Assembly: GCA_964016885.1 (NCBI GenBank)
Contig: OZ024743.1
Span: 274,846,001-274,910,000, forward strand
Length of the DNA: 64,000 bases
Direction of reading: 5' to 3'
DNA from: Eledone cirrhosa
Lineage: Eukaryota
Shown here one piece after another: positions 13,778 to 25,175 of the stretch. Every line of letters starts with the position of its first letter. Positions within the stretch are counted from its first letter, which is position 1. The position numbers and the translations under genes were made by a program. The notes under the pieces were generated by a model. The model was not told where the DNA came from. It worked only from the letters and a program-made list of their open reading frames with translations, and searched no databases.

Positions 13778-14011
13778 TGCTACTGTACGTCTGTATACAT
13801 ATATGTATGTACGTATACATACATACTTACATTTAAGTAAGTGCCATACTAAGAGTGAGAAATGAAATTTCGTTTTCATTTTTTTCAACTTATCGTTTTC
13901 GGTATGCCTGACCGATTTAACTCACTCAATATGCAAATTAGGCTGCTCAGCCGTTAATTTTCATAAGGAAAGTATATACTTTCGAACGTTCAACTATCTG
14001 GCAGATGGGTA

Positions 14012-14056
14012 AACGGTGCTGATGATAGCTAACAAGCTTGAAACTAGTACATCGTT
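14012..14056 (+). ncRNA. Type I minimal hammerhead ribozyme (array copy 4)
   Basis: Identical to 13496-13540. Confidence 0.82.
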
Positions 14057-14229
14057 CCTGTGTCAGTGTTGAACAAAAAGGTGACGTGGTTGCCTTAACA
14101 CCGTATGGCATAAATTCAGGCTGTTCGCTTTGTTGACAAACAAACGAACAAAGCGGCCGGCGTTATAATAAACGCCGGCTAAACTAATGCGTGCATATAT
14201 GTATGTGTACCTGTATGCATATGTGTATG

Positions 14230-14285
<56 letters not shown>

Positions 14286-14519
14286 TGCTACTGTACGTCT
14301 GTATACATATATGTATGTACGTATACATACATACTTACATTTAAGTAAGTGCCATACTAAGAGTGAGAAATGAAAATTCGTTTTCATTTTTTTCAACTTA
14401 TCGTTTTCGGTATGCCTGACCGATTTAACTCACTCAATATGCAAATTAGGCTGCTCAGCCGTTAATTTTCATAAGGAAAGTATATACTTTCGAACGTTCA
14501 ACTATCTGGCAGATGGGTA

Positions 14520-14564
14520 AACGGTGCTGATGATAGCTAACAAGCTTGAAACTAGTACATCGTT
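14520..14564 (+). ncRNA. Type I minimal hammerhead ribozyme (array copy 5)
   Basis: Identical to 13496-13540. Confidence 0.82.
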
Positions 14565-14737
14565 CCTGTGTCAGTGTTGAACAAAAAGGTGACGTGGTTG
14601 CCTTAACACCGTATTGCATAAATTCAGGCTGTTCGCTTTGTTGACAAACAAACGAACAAAGCGGCCGGCGTTATAATAAACGCCGGCTAAACTGATGCGT
14701 GCATATATGTATGTGTACCTGTATGCATATGTGTATG

Positions 14738-14793
<56 letters not shown>

Positions 14794-15023
14794 TGCTACT
14801 GTACGTCTGTATACATATATGTATGTACGTATACATACATACTTACATTTAAGTGCCATACTAAGAGTGAGAAATGAAATTTCGTTTTCATTTTTTTCAA
14901 CTTATCGTTTTCGGTATGCCTGACCGATTTAACTCACTCAATATGCAAATTAGGCTGCTCAGCCGTTAATTTTCATAAGGAAAGTATATACTTTCGAACG
15001 TTCAACTATCTGGCAGATGGGTA

Positions 15024-15068
15024 AACGGTGCTGATGATAGCTAACAAGCTTGAAACTAGTACATCGTT
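15024..15068 (+). ncRNA. Type I minimal hammerhead ribozyme (array copy 6)
   Basis: Identical to 13496-13540. Confidence 0.82.
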
Positions 15069-15241
15069 CCTGTGTCAGTGTTGAACAAAAAGGTGACGTG
15101 GTTGCCTTAACACCGTATTGCATAAATTCAGGCTGTTCGCTTTGTTGACAAACAAACGAACAAAGCGGGCGGCGTTATAATAAACGCCGGCTAAACTGAT
15201 GCGTGCATATATATATGTGTACCTGTATGCATATGTGTATG

Positions 15242-15319
<78 letters not shown>

Positions 15320-15369
15320 TGCTACTGTACGTCTGTATACATATATGTATGTACGTATACATACATACT

Positions 15370-15404
<35 letters not shown>

Positions 15405-15425
15405 ATATATATATATATATATAAA

Positions 15426-15465
<40 letters not shown>

Positions 15466-15496
15466 TATATATATATATTTTATATATATATATATA

Positions 15497-15538
<42 letters not shown>

Positions 15539-15546
15539 TATATATA

Positions 15547-15693
<147 letters not shown>

Positions 15694-15994
15694 CAGATTT
15701 TGTTTCACGTTGTTCTAATTCACTCGGGAAAAAAGATTTGCACCTGTAATTCAAATTTTTGTCACACATTGTACTATGCTGAATCTCCCTGAGAATTACG
15801 TTAAGGTACACGTGCCTGTGGCTTATTTAGCTTCCTACCTCATGGATTATCTGCCTGCTGACTACTGACCTCTGGTTTCAGTCCTCTGAGGCATTTTTAC
15901 CCATTGCTGTTGTTGACAGCATTTGGCAGTTTTTCACAACTCTACTAGTTTTGAGTTTTCTCATTTTTCTATGAATTCATATATATATATATAT

Positions 15995-16037
<43 letters not shown>

Positions 16038-16488
16038 GAGAGAGAGAGAGAGACAGAGAGAGACAGGACCAGATTTAGACCTTTGGTGTCCCTGGGCAGT
16101 ATATATTTATATTTTTATATATTTTTATATTTGTATATCTGTTTGACCCGAATTAGGCGGTCGATTTTTGGCTGTGCGGAGGATTAGTTTAACCACCATC
16201 TCAGTGTGTTTGGCCCTTAACGTAAGTTGTAAGCTCTAATTTATATGAATTATCGAGCGCTTGCCACACAACTCGGAAGTGATTTTGGTTAATTCCTGAG
16301 CTGAAATTCGATTCTCGCTAATTTTTACTTGTACATATATATACATATAGTTACAAGAGTGACATAAAATGGTAATTAAGTTTCGTTGGGTTCTAAAACC
16401 CAACTCATTCAACTTGTCATAAGAAAAGAATAAATAATCTTCTTATTTATATATATATATATATATGTCTGTGTGTGTGTGTATATAC

Positions 16489-16561
<73 letters not shown>

Positions 16562-16565
<4 letters not shown>

Positions 16566-16743
16566 AAAAAGTATGACCCCGACGGCAGAGCTCCAGACGG
16601 GGAGTCCAGAAATAGCCGTCGAAACGGCTTGAGCTCTGCCATCGGGGTCATCATTTTTTCATATTTCCCACTCTACTACTCTAAGTATTGAGTACTCTGG
16701 TGCGTTATGGTCCATCTGGTTCCTTACCACAATTCCTTTGTTA
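16562..16743 (+). mobile_element. Short fold-back repeat family in (TA)n; other copies at 50849-51007 (-) and 55932-56322
   Basis: All copies share cagaaatagccgtcgaaacggcttgagctctgcc(g/a)tcggggtcat and a ~90-nt tail (cccactctactac...ccacaattcctt). Each carries an inverted partial copy. Confidence 0.8.
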
Positions 16744-16965
16744 TATATATATTTGCATTACCATCTTTGTTTGTTTACATGTTCGCTCGTTCCCCCTATT
16801 TACGTGTCCCAACGACTTTCTTTAGCCGTTGCTCGCACCAACCAGAGGTATATGATCTTTAAAGCGATGAAATACCAATGAAGGCTGGAAGATCACTGAT
16901 GAAGGACTAATTTTATTCATATGTAACCCATTTGCAACCACGCAGCACGCCATTTTTTCATATAT

Positions 16966-17010
<45 letters not shown>

Positions 17011-17334
17011 CACGCCTTTCTTGTAAATAACGGAAAACAAAAGTATAATTGTAATTTTGACAAATGACTGCTTAACGTAATGAAATCTCCAGAGATGATT
17101 CTATCTGCTGTGTTTGTCAAATATTGAGATAAGAAGAGAAAATGATGGGACAGCTTCATCTCCCTATTACCAACGTTAAATTAGAAGTGGGCAACAGCAT
17201 TTGTACATGTACACACACACACGTGTGATGTGTTTTTATCTGTGTGCGTATACGTATGTGTGATGTGTGATTTTATGACTAAGTATTCATGTTTACGTTT
17301 TTCAGTATGTGTGCATTCAATGCTTCAGAGCCTT

Positions 17335-17368
<34 letters not shown>

Positions 17369-17381
17369 CATATGTGTGTGA

Positions 17382-17463
<82 letters not shown>

Positions 17464-17543
17464 TTCTGTATGTATGTATATATAATGTACGCTTATATAT
17501 ATATATATATTTCTCTCCTTCTCTCTTCCTCTCTCTCTCTATT

Positions 17544-17599
<56 letters not shown>

Positions 17600-17709
17600 T
17601 AATTAATATTTACATTATATCCCTGTTACATTTTACGCAGTCATAAACTTAAAATGTATGTTATCCCATAATGTACCGTGAATAAAAGCCCTCGCGTGTC
17701 GCAGCCCCC

Positions 17710-17748
<39 letters not shown>

Positions 17749-17753
17749 ACATA

Positions 17754-17784
<31 letters not shown>

Positions 17785-18394
17785 ATATATACATATATAT
17801 ATATATACATTTATTTAAATATATATATAACAGAATTACTGGTTCATCACTCACCTGATTCAAACAATCTATGGACCGTAAATGTTTGACACTATGAAAA
17901 CGGCAACAAAAAGGATCTTTGCTATTTTGATAACCATTTTTTATTACTCTGTTGCTAGAGGCATAATCGTTTATGTCTGTAAGGGAAGTGAAATATATAC
18001 TGTGGGATGTGAGATGCGGGAGGCAGTTTGGTACCATAAATCCACACCTCCCCCACACCGAACAAATGCTACAGTAGTCTTTGATTTGGTATAATACAAG
18101 AATTTTGCTGCGTAACTATAGCTTAGTACCTCCACCCGACTTTGTATATTTTGTTATGATACATTTTCGAAGGTGTATATTGCCATTGAAATTAAATAAT
18201 TATTATTACCCCCCAGTAATTCAAGTAATTCAATGTTTTAGAAATGATATTGTATGTATGGTCCCGTAACTCCTGAGAGAGTCGTAAGGGTGCCGTATTG
18301 ACATACGTCGTTTCCTTGGCATGTTAAGCCTGGTGGAGCTCATCCAGTCCTGAATACAGCAGATTTCTTCCAGAGAAAGATAGAGGGAGGAAAA

Positions 18395-19050
18395 CGTCGA
18401 CCCCAGTACTAGACTGATACTTTTTTTACCGACCTCGAAAGGTTGAAAGGCAAAGTTGACCTCGGCGGGATTTGAACTGAGAGGGCAAAGAGCCGAAACG
18501 ATTACCATAAATCATTCTATCCGCCGCCTTCAGAAATGACATTACGTTTCATTATAAAATCTATGATAATATTCTTCTTGGTAGAGGGTGTGGGATTGGT
18601 AGAATCGGTAGAGCGACGGACAAAATGCTTTGCGGCGTTTAGTTACGATTTTCTACGTTCTGAGTTCAAATACCGACAAGACTAACTTTGCTTTTCATCC
18701 TTCTATACCAATAAAATTCTGGGTTCGATATAATCAACTCTCCCTTACCCCCATATTTCTGGCCTTGTGCCTCAAGTAGAAATCCTTATTATGAAATTAG
18801 AAGACAAATTCGATGAAAAATTTCTAAGTTTACATTCAGCCTACTACAAACACAATCGAAAGTATTCAGTAAGAGAAAGCATTAACAAACGGAACATACA
18901 CAATAATTGTTTCTACACTTGACACAAGGTCAGCAATTTGAAGAAAGGAGAAAGTCGATTAAATCGATCCCAGTCCGTTACTGGTATTTTATTTTAACGA
19001 CTCGTGATGATAAAAGGCAGAGCTAACTTCGGTGGGATTTGAACTCAGGA
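18395..19050. mobile_element. Cluster of three Meta-type tRNA-SINE copies (18395-18530 -, 18585-18790 +, 18905-19050 -)
   Basis: B-box gagttcaaat / atttgaactc and central-domain motifs as at 741-923. Confidence 0.75.
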
Positions 19051-20079
19051 AGTGAATCTGTGTTGTTAGCTACATTTGTCAGGAACTTAACTCTACTCTA
19101 ATAGTGCTGGCAATACAATACGAGAAAGGTTATTTATTGCAAGTCAAGATAACAACTTGAGAACAGGGAAAAGAAAACGAAAAAGAAAAGTGGAACTGGG
19201 AAAGTGAGAAGGGGTGAAAGAAGAGCGAAGGGAAATGATCAGTAAGGCTCTATTTGTTATTTAGAGTGTTCTGAATTGAACGTAGCAGTTATTACAAAAT
19301 GGCGTGTGGAAAGAATGTTCTGGTGTAATTGAAAATTCTATCGTATACTGGTGGCTTACGAAAACGCTACTGGTGTGTTGTGCCAGCTAAAAGCTATAAA
19401 CAAACGAACAAAATATGTATGAGAATGAGTAATAAATAAAGAAGGGAGAAAAATAAAAATAACAGCAACAATAACAATAATAATGAAGTAAATCACGAAA
19501 GCAAAGTAAAGATCAGAGAGGATATATCTGTCTACGTGTAAGCAATAATGTCGAAATGAGAAATTTTCGTTTGTCGAACAATTTTCCAGTATGGCTGCCA
19601 TTTATCAATCAATTATCGCTTTTCTGCTTTCTGAACAGCGTTCGCTTGTTGCAGCAGACGACGGCTATGTCGCTCCTTTGCTCTGTGAGCGGCCCTATCA
19701 ACACCTAAAAACAATAGCTTAGCTTTCTCTTCCATTTGTTTGTTAGGTTGGATTATGTTTCTTCTTTTCTTTTGTTTGCGTAATTTTCTCTTTTCACTTT
19801 CATCTCTACTTTTGTAACAGGCATTTACAATTTTCACGCCATTTTGTTAATTCTTCTTTCGTGGATTCTTCAATCAACATCCAAAAATATCCTCCAAATA
19901 GACTATATCTTCTTTCCAATTATTCATTCATTGCGAATTTGTGATGCCTATACTGTTGTTCCTCTTGTGGTCTTTAGTATTGGTTGTACTTCTTTACATC
20001 AGCCGCCAGGGATTTTCCTAATTTCTTTTTTCTATCGTCTGCCGTCAATGAATGTTCATATCGATCATATATATATTTA

Positions 20080-20177
<98 letters not shown>

Positions 20178-20319
20178 TACTTACATATCTACATATAACT
20201 AGAAATTTCTCTTTATGTACATATATTTCATTTTTACAGTTATACGTTGATAACGTTGTCTATTTATTCCTTACGGCTTTGTTAACATATCTGAGCGAGA
20301 AACATGCTTATAGTTCGGT

Positions 20320-20371
<52 letters not shown>

Positions 20372-20526
20372 GGAAAAAATGAAACGAAATTTCATTTCCC
20401 ACTCTTAGTACGGCTGTTACTTAAATATAAGTATGTACATGTATATATATACATACATGTGCATGTATGTATATATATATATACATACTACTGTACGTCT
20501 GTATACATATATGTATGTGCGTGTAC

Positions 20527-20557
<31 letters not shown>

Positions 20558-20685
20558 TATGTATGTATGTGTGTATGTATGTACGTACGTAAGTATTTAT
20601 GCATGTATGTATGCATGTATGTATGTTTTTATGTATGTATGCATGTATGTATGTTTTTATGTATGTATGTATGTATGTATGTATG

Positions 20686-20716
<31 letters not shown>

Positions 20717-21110
20717 GGGACCTTATAGATAGGACAACACACGCTGTCTTTTCGTGGGGCAAGTATTTTATTAATTTTTGTATTCTGAAACATCAAAATA
20801 CAACAATTTTTTGGTCACTGGACTCGGGAATAACATGACAGAAGTTTGTGGAAGTTACACAGATATTTTCGTATATTTATATAGCAATCCTTATTTATAT
20901 TTTACATTTTACATCTCAATATAACATGGCTAAAATTCAAATTTTGCAGAGAAGAAAACGGACAATGAACTTGATACACCACCACAATAGCGTCTACACT
21001 CTCTCCCCACCACCACATTTACATTACCCTATCGAGACTAAAGTCACCGACCTGTTGTCGAACTCTCTACTCTGTGTTGAACGTGTATGTGTATATATAT
21101 ATATATATAT

Positions 21111-21821
21111 TTTCTCCGTTTATGTATTTATATATTTACTCTTGGTGTAACAGATATGAACTTTCCCGATATAAGGTATGACTCTCTTTGTTTATTTTTT
21201 TATATGAATATTGACTGTGTTCTTGTATCTCATTCTGTTATTTTGCCCGAGAAAATATCTATATGTGTCATTAAGTTATGGTTATTTTTTCATATCCAAT
21301 TGAGTTCTAAGCACGTGGCTTGAATTCGTATCGGAATTGAATTGACCTGCGCATGTATTGTTTTTTGGCGGTAGTCTCCTTCCTCCTATTTTCAAGACAG
21401 TGTGAGATTTTCTTTAGAACTGTTCGACTAACAACCTAGCAGCTCCCTCAAGCACTGATGGTGATTATCGCTAAATATTGATGTTGATTTGGTTATAAAT
21501 ATTAATATTATTGGGCACCCACTGAAGAATTATAAGAGCCAACTTGAATAAGTATCTGTTGATCTTATACAAGCTTCTACATAATTTGGTATAATTTCAC
21601 CCAACTTGTAGAAATCTTATAATGAAACGAGTCGTCTGGGAAGTGATATATTTGATATATCTCATATGAAATGATACAGCCAATTCTCCACACAATACAA
21701 TATAGTTAGCACCCGAACGTTTAATTAGGAATATACTCAGGTATTTCCTAATGTTTGTTGAGTGAGTTGGAATTTGGCCGGAGTATCGTTATTAGCTTTC
21801 TCCGTTTATGTATTTATATAT
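21111..21821 (+). mobile_element. Terminally redundant ~690-bp non-coding element carrying a hammerhead with a branched stem II
   Basis: 25-nt direct repeat tttctccgtttatgtatttatatat at 21111 and 21797. HHR at 21518-21640. The 3' part is homologous to 37869-38170 (-). Confidence 0.65.
21518..21640 (+). ncRNA. Type I hammerhead ribozyme with a ~95-nt branched stem II
   Basis: ccca CTGAAGA attataaga [two hairpins] tcttataat GAAA cgagtcg TC tggg. Stem I ccca/tggg, stem II attataaga/tcttataat, stem III acga-g-tcgt. Confidence 0.7.
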
Positions 21822-22338
21822 ATATGTATGTATATGTGTGTATATACATCACTCAGTCAAACGACCAGATTTCAACCCCAACATCTACAACAACAACACC
21901 GGCACTAATGTTTACAGCAACAACTGCTTCAGAATGAATTGAAATGAACATTTACAACAACAACAGCGGCATCAAACGATAAAAAAAAACTCAAAATAAC
22001 AAAACACACACACACACGCACACAACACAACATCAACTGCTGCCACCAGCGACCGGGCCTTAAGAAAACAACAACTTTAATAATAATAATTTTTCTGCTT
22101 TTAGCACGGAGCCAGCGACTATCCCAGCGCATTACTGGTGCTCTCTTTTGTTGACTCTGTGGGGATGAAAGGCAAGGTTGACCTCGGCGGGATTTGAGCT
22201 CGGAGCGTGGAGAGTCATAGCTCTATGCTGTAAAGCAATTATAATAATACTGAACCGTAACACGAACGGCTTCAACTATACGAACTCTTGAAAGTCAACA
22301 GTTGACATAATCTTGTAATCTTGTATCAGTAATGACGG

Positions 22339-22402
<64 letters not shown>

Positions 22403-22821
22403 AAGTAAGTAGCGTGTGTGTGTTTGTTTGTATGTATGAGTGGTGGTGTGTGCGCGCGTATGTATGTGTGTGTGTGCGCGTGTGTGTATGTCGTACGTAT
22501 AAGTGTCAATAAGTGAGTTTTTTTTATGCGCGGGGACATAGAAATAATCGGGCTGGATACCCGATCGCGCAGTTAAACCACTGGGAGTGAAGCACCCCTA
22601 GCCCTTGTTAGGGCAATCTTCTAGGAGAAGGCATCTCAGGAAACTGGGTTAACTCCAACATAAAACCTGTGGCTCAGTAGTTACCGATGATGTTGATTTC
22701 TTCTTCTTTTCGGGTTATAGCTACTGTCGCTCAGAGAGTGGGATTGGCTCAGTGCAGTCTTTCCTCACTTTAAAAATATTCGTCACGCACAGGCTTTGCA
22801 CGATTGCATTAATTAATAATT

Positions 22822-22874
22822 ATGTAAACCCTAGTGGTTAATAAAGAAATCATTAATTAATAATTATTAATAGT

Positions 22875-22933
<59 letters not shown>
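22822..22933 (+). mobile_element. Isolated 3' terminus + (TTA)n tail of the Tx1-like family
   Basis: atgtaaaccctagtggttaataaagaaatca matches 28830-28860 (one mismatch) and is followed by TTA-rich sequence. Confidence 0.8.
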
Positions 22934-23148
22934 GAATGCTATGGTTGATGGAGGCTCGGCTCTGTAAGGTATTGTAAATTTTGAACGCTATAACAATTGT
23001 AAATTGTTTAAAACTTTAACCAACTTGTAGACAAAACACCCTCCTCCTCGTGAGAGGGGTCTTTCTGCCCGTTATTTGGCCCTTCGGGGTTAAATAACTG
23101 CTTATTGGGGTTTTGTGCCCAATATTTATTTTAAACAAAAATAACAAC

Positions 23149-25140
23149 ATGGCTACGAAAAAGAATTTTCATAGGTCACTTCCACTCATTCCGTCTTCTT
23201 CTTCCTCAATCGTCACTACAGCAGAGAGAAGATTGTCTCTTTCCCTCCCTTCTTTAAATGTGTCTCTCTCCCTCCCTTCTCTTTCGCAAGCGACGACAGA
23301 AAAGAAAAGTCTCGTGCAAAGCGTGCAAGATTTCTCCACGACGACGACGACAACGACGAAACAGGTGTGCGGGAAATACGAAAACCCATTTCATTCATCT
23401 GACGTCAGGAATAATAGCAGTAGCAGCCGTAATAACAACAGCAACAGTGACAATGAAAACAACAGTAACAGCCGCAACAGCATCAGCATAAACAAGAACA
23501 GCATTAGCAGCAGCAACAACAACAACAACAGCAGCAAAGAAAAACCAATCTCGTTTGCAGGTATCGCGAAGAACCTGGAAACAATCCTCATAACAAATGA
23601 GGAATTAGAGGAAGCGAAGAAGATGGTGACAAAAACTGGACACCGAGCAATCTGCAAGGCAGCGGAAAATTTTTTCGAAACCCAACAGCACTGTACGGTC
23701 ACGTACCGTACAATAAGTACAAAATCCCGTAGGGTTGAAAGAGCCACAGAGGCTCAAATACAAAAGGCCTTGGGGTCTGTGTGGCAGCGGAAAACGCAGA
23801 TCACCCGAGGCAAGAAATATGCCACCGTAGACGTACTTTTTGCCACACCCCAGGAGGCAAAGGCTCAATCCGTAGTGACCCTAAGGAGCGAGGAAATGGT
23901 GTTGGTGCCCTCCTACTGCCCCCCCCCCCCCCCCGGGATGGCCCCTTCTTGGCTGGCCGCGTCTGTCCTCGTCGGAATCGAGGAAAAAACAACTGTACTG
24001 CAAGTACAGAAAAAAGTAAGAAAAGATTGGGTCGGCACCTCCATTGAGATGTTAATCCAAACCAACCAGGAGTGCATCGAAGCTATCCCGGATGTGATAG
24101 ACTTCGATAACGGCACTCAACTGCCCATAAGTGTTGAGGGCAAACGCCCGAAATGCTTTCGCTGTGGATTGAAGACTCACCTCAAGGCCTTCTGCAACGA
24201 GAAGACCCTGAGAAAGGAGAAAACCCCCCACCTTCCGAAACCGGCTCCACGGCTACTAGCAACAGCACAAGCGGCAACCAGGTACGATAGGTCTGTGGCA
24301 CCCATACCCACGCCACGGAAATCAAAAACAGCAGCAGCAGTGGAAGTATTAACAACAACAACAGCAATACCAAATGCAGCTGCAACAGAGACTCCAGTGC
24401 AGACATCACCAACAACAATAAGTGAAAGAGTGGAGTTGGTACCCCTCCCCGACCTCACAGAATCAGACATGGAGTGTGAGGTGGGTGAGGGATGGCAAAA
24501 GGTCGTAAGAAGGCACAAACGCAGAAGCAGCGCATCGTCGCATTTGAAAGGGGAGGAAAGAAATGAAAAAAGGGTAAAGTCTACTGCAAAGAGACTCACA
24601 GCAGCAACACCACCAACACCATCACCACCCACACTAGCACCACCATCACCACCGGCGACAACCCCACCGCCAACAACAACAACACCTTCAACACCACCAC
24701 CACAAGCACCAACATCGCAAACACAACAACAAAACACACACACCCAGCAAAAACGACAAGAAAATAGCAAAACCACACACCACCCCCAGAAAAACAAATG
24801 CACGGCAATAAATACACACAACAAGAAACTAATGACTTACATAATTGAACACACAGACATTTCACAACACGACTACATAATACCAGCACCAATCAAAACG
24901 CCAACTAACATAAGACTGCTAAAAATAGCACAGAAACAATACACAAACATTAAAACGAAATTCCCCAACGCAGTTGGTGATTTCAGAGACCTAGGAGGAA
25001 CTATCGACCGAAGAGTATATTCGGACATACTCATAGAAGAGCCGATGACCAGCCGAAGGGACGATTCAACGGTCCCTTCACCAGACGATCAAGTGAAAAG
25101 GGATGTCAAAACGATCCCTCCGCTACGAAAAGTACGGTAA
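23149..25140 (+). CDS. LINE ORF1 protein (CCHC zinc knuckle, low-complexity linkers)
   Basis: Open frame from ATG 23149 (MATKKNF) to TAA 25140. Zinc knuckle CFRCGLKTHLKAFC preceded by ISVEGKRPK. WQKVVRR motif typical of Tx1/L1 ORF1. Confidence 0.85.
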   Translation: MATKKNFHRSLPLIPSSSSSIVTTAERRLSLSLPSLNVSLSLPSLSQATTEKKSLVQSVQDFSTTTTTTTKQVCGKYENPFHSSDVRNNSSSSRNNNSNSDNENNSNSRNSISINKNSISSSNNNNNSSKEKPISFAGIAKNLETILITNEELEEAKKMVTKTGHRAICKAAENFFETQQHCTVTYRTISTKSRRVERATEAQIQKALGSVWQRKTQITRGKKYATVDVLFATPQEAKAQSVVTLRSEEMVLVPSYCPPPPPGMAPSWLAASVLVGIEEKTTVLQVQKKVRKDWVGTSIEMLIQTNQECIEAIPDVIDFDNGTQLPISVEGKRPKCFRCGLKTHLKAFCNEKTLRKEKTPHLPKPAPRLLATAQAATRYDRSVAPIPTPRKSKTAAAVEVLTTTTAIPNAAATETPVQTSPTTISERVELVPLPDLTESDMECEVGEGWQKVVRRHKRRSSASSHLKGEERNEKRVKSTAKRLTAATPPTPSPPTLAPPSPPATTPPPTTTTPSTPPPQAPTSQTQQQNTHTQQKRQENSKTTHHPQKNKCTAINTHNKKLMTYIIEHTDISQHDYIIPAPIKTPTNIRLLKIAQKQYTNIKTKFPNAVGDFRDLGGTIDRRVYSDILIEEPMTSRRDDSTVPSPDDQVKRDVKTIPPLRKVR

Positions 25141-25175
25141 GTGGTCTTTCCCATCTTTTCCACTCTATTTTAAAC

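Larger units (their letters stand above)
12226..15371. mobile_element. Retrozyme-like array: ~480-520-bp non-coding units, each with one hammerhead ribozyme; 2 units in one orientation, ~4.3 in the other
   Basis: Near-identical units differ mainly in internal (TA)n length (HHR spacing 482; 516, 508, 504). Orientation switches at ~13195. No real ORF. Flanked by (TA)n. Confidence 0.85.

Noticed and set aside
19296-19846. Paired caaaatggcg (YY1-like) motifs suggesting a promoter
   Set aside because: Short motifs with no supported adjacent exon.
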